Shown here in pieces: positions 19,329-26,531 of a stretch of 64,000 nucleotides of DNA. Origin of the DNA: an uncultured Gemmatimonadaceae bacterium (GTDB taxonomy: Bacteria > Gemmatimonadota > Gemmatimonadetes > Longimicrobiales > Gaopeijiaceae); contig CAZMTA010000009.1 of the NCBI GenBank assembly GCA_964569085.1, positions 52,389-116,388 on the forward strand, read 5' to 3'. How positions within the stretch are numbered: the stretch's first letter is position 1; each line of letters opens with the position of its first letter. The translations under genes and the position numbers were made by a program. The notes beneath the pieces are model-generated. The model saw only the letters and a list, made by a program, of their open reading frames with translations. It searched no databases and was not told the origin of the DNA.

Positions 19329-19994
19329 ATGACCGCGCTCCTCCTGGCGGCCTTCCTGGCCGTGGCCCCGCCGGCGTTCCCCGCCTCCGCGGACTCCGTG
19401 ACCGTGGCCCGGCTCCAGTACGACGGGGGAGGGGACTGGTACGCCAACCCCTCCTCCCTCCCGAACCTCCTGGACGCCATCCGGGACCGCACCGGGATCC
19501 CGGTGGCCGGGCGCGAGGCGACGGTGGGCCCCCTGGACCCGGCGCTGGCGGACCACCCCTTCCTGTACATGACGGGGCACGGGAACGTCCGCTTCTCCGC
19601 CGCGGAGCGCGCGGCCCTCCGGCGTCACCTCCTGGACGGGGGCTTCCTCCACGTCGACGACAACTACGGCCTGGACGAGTCCTTCCGCCGGGAGATCGCC
19701 GCCATCTTCCCGGACCTGGAGCTCACGGCCATCCCGCCGGACCACCCCGTCTTCCACGCCTTCTACGACTTCCCCGAGGGTCTGCCCAAGATCCACGAGC
19801 ACGACGGGGCTCCGCCCCAGGCGCTGGGGATCTTCCACGAGGGGCGGCTGGTGGTCTTCTACAGCTACGAGTCCGACCTGGGCGACGGCTGGGAGGACCC
19901 GGACGTCCACGACGACCTCCCCGCGGTGCGGGAGCAGGCCCTCCGTATGGGGGTGAACCTCTTCGTCTACGCCCTGGGGCAGGCGGCTCCGTGA
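19329..19994 (+). CDS. DUF4159-like secreted protein
   Basis: The product has a signal peptide. ARLQYDGGGDWYANPSSLPNLL, HPFLYMTGHG, LRRHLLDGGFLHVDD and DHPVFHAFYDF resemble the DUF4159 family as I remember it. Confidence 0.7.
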   Translation: MTALLLAAFLAVAPPAFPASADSVTVARLQYDGGGDWYANPSSLPNLLDAIRDRTGIPVAGREATVGPLDPALADHPFLYMTGHGNVRFSAAERAALRRHLLDGGFLHVDDNYGLDESFRREIAAIFPDLELTAIPPDHPVFHAFYDFPEGLPKIHEHDGAPPQALGIFHEGRLVVFYSYESDLGDGWEDPDVHDDLPAVREQALRMGVNLFVYALGQAAP

Positions 19995-22900
19995 GTCCCG
20001 GGGGCGGGGGCGTCGAGGCCCGGGTGGCCGCCGTCCGGCGGTACCTGGAGCGGCGGGTCTGGCAGGCCGTGGCGCTCTGGTGCGGGGCGGTCGTGCTCCT
20101 CCTCCTCCTGGCCGCCTGGCTCCTGGCCGGTCCGGCCGGATGGGCCCAGGGGAGCGACGTGCCCCTGGTGCTCGACCTCGTGCTCCTGGCCGTGCTGGGG
20201 GCCCTGGGAGCCGTCGCGTGGGTGGGACGCGGGCGGTGGTTCTCCGAGGCCCCGCTGTCCCGGGCGGTGGAGGAGGCCGCGGGGCTCGAGGCGGGGCAGG
20301 TCCGGGGGGCGCTGGAGCTCGATCGCGGCGTGCCCGCGGGGGTGTCCCGGGCCCTGGCGCGCCGGGCCGGCCAGCGCACGCTGGCGGACCTCTCGGCCCC
20401 CGAGGGCGAGCTCTCGGGTCGGCTGGGGCACGCGGTGGGGCGCTGGACCCGGCGGGGCCTCGGGGCGCTCACGGCCCTCGCCCTGGTGGCCGTGCTCCTG
20501 GCGGTGGCCTCCCCGGAGCGGAGCGCCGCGGCGTGGTCCGGCCTGGCCCGACCCCTGGGCGTGGCCGCCGATCCGGTCCTGCCGCCCCTGGAGGTGACGC
20601 CCGGGACGGTCGAGGTGGAGCGGGGGACCGACGTGGAGATCCGCGTGCGGGCCCCGGGCCGCCGGGAGGCCCGCCTGGACTGGCAGGCCGCCGGAGACGT
20701 CTCACGGGCCCGGGCGCTGCCCCTGGACTCGGGGATGGCGGTGCACCGCTTCGCGGCGGTGGCGGCGCCCCTGGAGTACACGGTCCGGACCGCCGACGGC
20801 GCGGAGGCCGGCCCGTTCCGCATCGTTCCGGTGGATCCCCTCTTCGTGAGCGACCTCCTGGTGGAGGTCACCTACCCTCCGCACACGGGGCTGGCGCCCG
20901 AGGAGTTCCGGGGGGAGGTACCCCCCCTGGTCGTGCCCGCGGGCACCCGGCTGGCGGTGGAGGGGCGGGCGAGCCGGACCCTGGGCGTGGCGGAGCTCCG
21001 TCGCGTCGAGGACGACGGCGCGGACGCGGCGCGCGGCGGGACGGAGGAGCCCGGCGGCGCCCTGGCCGTGGCGTTCACCCGGGAGGGCGTCGCCTTCCGC
21101 GGGAGCTGGACGCCGGGGCGGAGCGGGCGCTACGACTGGCGCTTCCTGGACGGGGCGGGGGACCCGGCGGAGATCCGCCCGGGCCCCCTCGAGCTGACCC
21201 TCGAGGCCGACCGGGCGCCCACGGTGCGGATGGCGCTCCCCGGCGTGGACACGGTCCTCCCCATGAACCTGCGTCAGCCGCTGGTCATGGAGGCGCGGGA
21301 CGACTACGGGCTCAGGCGCCTGGAGCTGGTGGCTCGGCGCATCACGGCCTTCGGCGAGGCCATGGAGCCCGTGGTCCAGGCCATGGAGCTGGGCGGCACC
21401 CGGGCGGCGCTGGCCCGTCCCCTCCTGGACCTCCGCGAGTGGGGCCTGATGCCCGGGGACACGGTGCGCTACTACGCCCGGGTGGTGGACAACCACCCCC
21501 GGGGCCACACCGGCCGGACCCGCGAGTACGTGCTCCGCATGCCCGACGCCGCCGAGATGCGCCGCGCCGCCGAGGAGCGGATCGGCGAGGTCGGGGAGCG
21601 GCTGGAGGAGCTGGCCCGGGAGGCCGGCGAGCGCGCCGAGGAGACCCGGGACATGGAGCGACAGGCCCGGGGGCAGCGCCAGGAGGAGCGGCCGGCTCCG
21701 CCGGGGCGTCCCCAGCCGGAGCAGGGGATGGGCTTCGAGGAGCGGGAGGAGCTCCGCCGCGCCGTGGAGGGCCAGGAGGAGCTCACCGCCGAGGTGGACT
21801 CGCTGGAGGGGGAGCTCCAGGACCTCCAGCGGACCATGGAGGAGGCCGGGCAGTCCGACCCCGAGCTCGCCGCCGACCTCCAGGAGCTCCAGGACCTCCT
21901 CCGCGAGGTGGCGGACGAGGAGCTGCGGGAGCGGATGCGGCAGATGGCGGAGCAGCTCGACGACGACCAGCTCCGCGACGCCCGCCAGGCCATGGAGGAG
22001 CTCGCCGAGGAGCAGCAGGAGTTCCGGGAGCGGCTGGAGCAGTCGCTGGAGCGCTTTCGCCGCGCCGCGGTGGAGCAGGACTTCCGGGCCACGCGCAGCG
22101 AGGCCCAGGAGATGGCCCAGGAGCAGGAGGCCCTCGCCGACGCCATGGAGGAGGGGGACGACCCCGGTCTCCGCGCCGAGCAGCAGGAGGCCCTCCAGGA
22201 CCGGGCCGAGGCCCTCCAGGAGCGCATGGAGACGCTCCAGGAGCGCCTGGACCAGCTCGGCGAGGAGGACGCGGCCCGGGGCGTGGAGGAGGCGCGGGAG
22301 GAGGCCGCCGCCGCCGGGGAGGAGATGGAGCGCGCCGGGGAGCAGGCGCGGCAGCGGGCCCAGGACCCCTCGGGCGCCCAGCGCAGCCGGTCCTCCGCCG
22401 GCGAGTCCCAGCCGCCCCCGGAGGCCGCCGAGGCACGGGCCGCGGCCCAGGGGATGGAGGAGGCCGCCGAGCAGCTCGACCGGGCGCAGCAGCAGATGGC
22501 CCAGCAGAAGGCCCAGGCCGCCCAGGAGGCCCTGCGGGGGGCCGCCGACGACGCCCTGACCCTGGCCCGCCGGCAGGGAGAGCTCCGGGAGGCCATGCAG
22601 GGCGCCGGCCGGGAGGAGCTGGTCGAGATGCGGGGCGACCAGGCCTCGCTGGTGCAGGGGCTGCGCAACGCCGCCCAGAGCCTGCAGGAGGAGTCGGAGG
22701 ACGCCCTCGCCCAGAACCGGGACCTCTCGACCCAGATCGGCCGGGCCATGCAGGCCATGGAGGGGACGGTCGAGGCCATGGGGAACCGGAGGGGGAGCGC
22801 CCCCGCGCCCCAGGTGGCGGCCGACCGTGCGGTGCAGCAGCTCAACCAGCTCGCCCTCATGGCGCTGGCCGGGGCCGAGCAGATGAGCCAGAGCCAGCAG

Positions 22901-23482
22901 GGGCAGGGCCAGTCGAGCCCCCAGCAGACCGGCGAGCAGCTCCAGCAGCTCGCGCAGCAGCAGGGCCAGGTGAACAACCAGTCCAGCCAGCTCACCCCCA
23001 TGCAGCTCGGCGAGCAGGCCCGGGCCGAGCAGCTCCGCCGCCTCGCCGAGCAGCAGCGCCAGGTGGCCGAGGGGCTCGAGGAGCTCTCGGAGGAGCCCGG
23101 CGCCGCCGAGGACGCCCTGGGCGACCTGCAGGAGCTGGCCCGGGAGGCCGAGGCGCTGGCGCGGGAGATGGCGGGGGGACGGGCGCCCGAGGACATGGGA
23201 CGCCGTCAGGAGCAGCTCTTCCGGCGCCTCCTGGACTCGGGCCGGAGCCTGGAGCGGGAGGAGTACTCCGACGAGCGGGAGTCCGAGGCCCCCGGCTCCT
23301 TCGAGCGGGACGCCGTGGTCCCCCTGAGCGAGGACGCCCTGGGGGCCCTGCGCTTCCGGATGCCCGAGGCCGAGCGCCTCCAGCGGCTTCCCCCGGCGGT
23401 GCGCCAGCTCGTGATCGAGTATTTCGAGCGCCTGAACCGGACCGGCGGGGACGGCGCGCCGGGCCCGGGAGGCGGCTCGTGA
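19991..23482 (+). CDS. Large membrane-anchored coiled-coil protein (1163 aa), DUF4175-like
   Basis: GTG overlaps the upstream stop (GTGA). The product has two N-terminal TM helices and a beta-rich middle region. A ~580-aa E/Q/A/R-rich coiled coil follows. The C-terminus is PPAVRQLVIEYFERLN. Confidence 0.7.
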   Translation: MSPGGGGVEARVAAVRRYLERRVWQAVALWCGAVVLLLLLAAWLLAGPAGWAQGSDVPLVLDLVLLAVLGALGAVAWVGRGRWFSEAPLSRAVEEAAGLEAGQVRGALELDRGVPAGVSRALARRAGQRTLADLSAPEGELSGRLGHAVGRWTRRGLGALTALALVAVLLAVASPERSAAAWSGLARPLGVAADPVLPPLEVTPGTVEVERGTDVEIRVRAPGRREARLDWQAAGDVSRARALPLDSGMAVHRFAAVAAPLEYTVRTADGAEAGPFRIVPVDPLFVSDLLVEVTYPPHTGLAPEEFRGEVPPLVVPAGTRLAVEGRASRTLGVAELRRVEDDGADAARGGTEEPGGALAVAFTREGVAFRGSWTPGRSGRYDWRFLDGAGDPAEIRPGPLELTLEADRAPTVRMALPGVDTVLPMNLRQPLVMEARDDYGLRRLELVARRITAFGEAMEPVVQAMELGGTRAALARPLLDLREWGLMPGDTVRYYARVVDNHPRGHTGRTREYVLRMPDAAEMRRAAEERIGEVGERLEELAREAGERAEETRDMERQARGQRQEERPAPPGRPQPEQGMGFEEREELRRAVEGQEELTAEVDSLEGELQDLQRTMEEAGQSDPELAADLQELQDLLREVADEELRERMRQMAEQLDDDQLRDARQAMEELAEEQQEFRERLEQSLERFRRAAVEQDFRATRSEAQEMAQEQEALADAMEEGDDPGLRAEQQEALQDRAEALQERMETLQERLDQLGEEDAARGVEEAREEAAAAGEEMERAGEQARQRAQDPSGAQRSRSSAGESQPPPEAAEARAAAQGMEEAAEQLDRAQQQMAQQKAQAAQEALRGAADDALTLARRQGELREAMQGAGREELVEMRGDQASLVQGLRNAAQSLQEESEDALAQNRDLSTQIGRAMQAMEGTVEAMGNRRGSAPAPQVAADRAVQQLNQLALMALAGAEQMSQSQQGQGQSSPQQTGEQLQQLAQQQGQVNNQSSQLTPMQLGEQARAEQLRRLAEQQRQVAEGLEELSEEPGAAEDALGDLQELAREAEALAREMAGGRAPEDMGRRQEQLFRRLLDSGRSLEREEYSDERESEAPGSFERDAVVPLSEDALGALRFRMPEAERLQRLPPAVRQLVIEYFERLNRTGGDGAPGPGGGS

Positions 23483-25251
23483 GGGCGGGCGCGCGGCTCC
23501 TGGCGGGCGCCCTTCTGGTCGCCGCGGCCTTCGCGGTGGCGGCGCCGGTGCCGGTCTCGGCGCAGCGGGGCGGGCGCATGGAGGAGAGCCGGCTCCTGCG
23601 CCAGGCAGCGGCCCTGGAGTCCCAGGGCGAGCTCGAGGCGGCGGAGGCCACGCTCCGCTCCCTCATGGAGCGGATGCCCGCCTCCGCCGCGGGTCTCTTC
23701 GCGCTGGAGCGGGTCCTCCGCGCCCAGGGCCGGGTCGAGGAGCTCCTGGCCGTGGCCGACGCCTTCCTGGGGGCGGCCCCGGGCGCGGAGGGGGTGCGGC
23801 ACCTCAAGCTCCGCGTGCTGGCCGACGTGGATTCCCTGGAGGCGCTCCAGGGGGAGGCCCGGGCGTGGTTCGCCCTGGACCCTTCGGACCCGGGGCCCTA
23901 CCGCGAGGTGAGCCGCCTGTGGCGGCGGGTGCTCGGGCCCGACGAGGCGCTGGAGGTGCTGGAGCGGGGCCGGGCGGCCGTCGGGAACCCCCGGGTCCTG
24001 GCCCTGGAGATCGGCGACCTCCGCCACGAGCTCGGGGACGCCGACGCGGCCGTGGAGGAGTGGGGCGACGCGCTGGCCGCCGACCCGACCCGCGACGCCG
24101 GAGTGGCCGAGCGCCTGGAGGACCTGCCGGACCCGGAGGCTGCCGGACGGGCCGTGGTGGCCCGTCTCACCGCGGACGGCGCCGACTCCGAGCGGCTCGG
24201 GGCGGCCGCCCGCCTCGCGGTGGCGCTGGGGCTGGAGGAGGAGGCGCTGGAGGTGGGCCGCGCCCTGGCCGGCCGCCTCCGGGGGCGGGCCCGGGGCGCC
24301 TTCCTGGCCGACCTGGCCCGCCGAGCCGGGGACGACGCCATGTCCGACGTGGCCGCCTGGGCGTGGGGCGAGCTGGGAGAGGAGGCCGGGAGCGTCGGGG
24401 AGCGGCGCCAGTTCGACCAGCGCCTGGTGGAGGCCTCCCTGGTGGCCGGCGACACCGCCATGGCGCTGGAGGCCCAGCGGCGGGTGGCGGCCTCCTTCGG
24501 GGAGCGCTCCGCGGACCGCCGGCGCGCCGAGGCCGCGGTCATCCGCCTGGAGGCCCCGTCGGCCGAGCCGGTCCGCCTGCGCCGGCTCCTGGCCACCTTC
24601 CGGGAGACCTTCCCCGACGCGCCGGAGCTCGACGACCTGGCGGCCGCCGTGGCCGAGCGGGTCATGGCCCGGGGTGACGTGACGGCCGCCGCCGTCCTCC
24701 TGGACGGGGTGGACGGCCCCCGGAGCAACCTCATGCGGGGGTGGATCCTCATGAGCCGGGGGGACGTGGCGCTGGGGCGCCAGGCCCTCCTCATGGCGGT
24801 GCCCGGTCTCCCGCCCACCGAGGCCACCGACGTCATCCAGCTGGCGGGGCTCCTGGGGCGGCTGTCCCAGGGCGGGGTGAGCGTCCTGGCCGAGGCCCGG
24901 GTGCGGGCCCGCCAGGACGAGCCGGTGGCCGGGGCGGCCCTGGTGGAGGAGGCCCTCCCCGAGCTTCCGCCCGAGGACCGGGCGCCCCTCCTGGCCGAGG
25001 CGGCCCGGATGGTGGACGCGGTGTCCCCGGACCGGGCCGCGGCGCTCCGCCGCCGGATCGTGGAGGAGCACGCCGACGCCGACGAGGCCGCCGAGGCCGC
25101 GCTGGAGCTGGCCCGGGCGGTGGCCCGGGAGCCCGGCGGGCGGGCCGAGGCCGTGGCCATCCTGGAACGACTGATCACCAGCCGGCCCGGCGCCGCCGTG
25201 GTTCCCACGGCCCGCCGCGAGCTGGAGCGACTGAGGGAGAGCGGATCGTGA
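23479..25251 (+). CDS. Secreted TPR-like repeat protein (590 aa)
   Basis: GTG overlaps the upstream stop. The signal peptide is LLVAAAFAVAAPVPVSAQ. The rest is alpha-helical, A/L/E/R-rich repeats typical of TPR proteins. Confidence 0.65.
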   Translation: MRAGARLLAGALLVAAAFAVAAPVPVSAQRGGRMEESRLLRQAAALESQGELEAAEATLRSLMERMPASAAGLFALERVLRAQGRVEELLAVADAFLGAAPGAEGVRHLKLRVLADVDSLEALQGEARAWFALDPSDPGPYREVSRLWRRVLGPDEALEVLERGRAAVGNPRVLALEIGDLRHELGDADAAVEEWGDALAADPTRDAGVAERLEDLPDPEAAGRAVVARLTADGADSERLGAAARLAVALGLEEEALEVGRALAGRLRGRARGAFLADLARRAGDDAMSDVAAWAWGELGEEAGSVGERRQFDQRLVEASLVAGDTAMALEAQRRVAASFGERSADRRRAEAAVIRLEAPSAEPVRLRRLLATFRETFPDAPELDDLAAAVAERVMARGDVTAAAVLLDGVDGPRSNLMRGWILMSRGDVALGRQALLMAVPGLPPTEATDVIQLAGLLGRLSQGGVSVLAEARVRARQDEPVAGAALVEEALPELPPEDRAPLLAEAARMVDAVSPDRAAALRRRIVEEHADADEAAEAALELARAVAREPGGRAEAVAILERLITSRPGAAVVPTARRELERLRESGS

Positions 25252-26531
25252 CGACGACGTGGACGGGAGGGCTCGGGAGACGGCTGCTGGGCGCGACGGC
25301 CCTGCTCGTCCTGGCCCTCCCCGGGGCGGCGGGGGCCCAGTCCCTCCTGGTCCCCATGGACCGGACCCAGCCCAACCACCTCAAGGCGTACGGGCTGACG
25401 TACTGGTCCCTCACCCAGGGGATCGAGGCCGAGTGGCTGCTGAACTACCGCGGCGGGTCGTTCCTCCTCCCCGACCGCCCGGAGGTGCGCCGGGAGGCGG
25501 CCTTCCGGGGCGTGGGCTTCCAGGCCGTCGGGCCCGCGGACGAGGCGAGCATCCGCGCCACCATCGCCGACTCCAACATGGAGGCGGTCCCCCTGGAGAA
25601 GGCGCCGAAGATCGCCATCTACACGCCGCCCAACACGGCGCCGTGGGACGACGCGGTGACCATGGCGCTCACCTACGCCGGCATCGAGTACGAGACGATC
25701 TGGGACGGCGACGTGCTCTCCGACGAGCTGGAGGAGTACGAGTGGGTGCACCTCCACCACGAGGACTTCACCGGGCAGTACTCCAAGTTCTACCTGACGT
25801 ACGCCGGCGCGCCCTGGCTCCAGGAGGAGGTCGCCCGGAACCAGGAGGTGGCGGAGCAGAACGGGTTCCCCCACGTGCCCGCGCTCAAGAAGGCGGTGGC
25901 GCGACGCATCCACGACTACGTGGAGGGCGGGGGCTTCCTCTTCGCCATGTGCTCCGCCACGGAGACGCTGGAGCTGGCCATGGCCGCGGCGGGGGTCGAC
26001 ATCGCGGCGGCGTACTCGGACGGGACCCCCCCGGACGGGCGGGCCAGCGCCCAGATGGACTGGGAACGCACCATGGCCTTCGAGGGAGCGCGGGTGGAGG
26101 TGGCGCCCTCGGTGAACGCCTTCTCCGACATCGACGGCCACCAGGTGAACACGATGCAGCGTCAGGAGCTGGGGGTCTTCACCCTCTTCGACTTCTCGGC
26201 CAAGTTCGACCCGGTGCCCGCCATGCTCACCCAGAACCACGAGACCGTGCTCCCCGACTTCTACGGGCTGACCACCTCCTTCCGGAAGGACCGCCTCAAG
26301 CCGGGCACCATCGTCCTGGCCGAGGAGGGGGAGCTGGCCAAGTACGTCCACGGGAGCCTGGGCGAGGGCACGTGGACCTACTTCGGGGGCCACGACCCCG
26401 AGGACCCGGAGCACCAGATCGGCGACCCGCCCACGGACCTGGCCCTCCACCCCAACTCGCCGGGGTATCGGCTGATCCTGAACAACGTCCTCTTCCCCGC
26501 GGCGAAGAAGAAGACGCTGAAGACGCAGTGA
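25248..26531 (+). CDS. Secreted hypothetical protein (427 aa), possible class-I glutamine-amidotransferase-like fold
   Basis: GTG overlaps the upstream stop. The signal peptide is ALLVLALPGAAGAQ. LKAYGLTYW...LLNYRGGSF is present, and GGGFLFAMCSATE is a candidate nucleophile elbow. The fold assignment is inference only. Confidence 0.6.
   Translation: MTTTWTGGLGRRLLGATALLVLALPGAAGAQSLLVPMDRTQPNHLKAYGLTYWSLTQGIEAEWLLNYRGGSFLLPDRPEVRREAAFRGVGFQAVGPADEASIRATIADSNMEAVPLEKAPKIAIYTPPNTAPWDDAVTMALTYAGIEYETIWDGDVLSDELEEYEWVHLHHEDFTGQYSKFYLTYAGAPWLQEEVARNQEVAEQNGFPHVPALKKAVARRIHDYVEGGGFLFAMCSATETLELAMAAAGVDIAAAYSDGTPPDGRASAQMDWERTMAFEGARVEVAPSVNAFSDIDGHQVNTMQRQELGVFTLFDFSAKFDPVPAMLTQNHETVLPDFYGLTTSFRKDRLKPGTIVLAEEGELAKYVHGSLGEGTWTYFGGHDPEDPEHQIGDPPTDLALHPNSPGYRLILNNVLFPAAKKKTLKTQ

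Noticed and set aside
21530-23300. A repetitive DNA, CRISPR-like or tandem-repeat array in the GAG/CAG-rich stretch.
   Set aside because: There are no regularly spaced identical repeats or spacers. The periodicity is codon-level low complexity inside one long open frame encoding a coiled coil.
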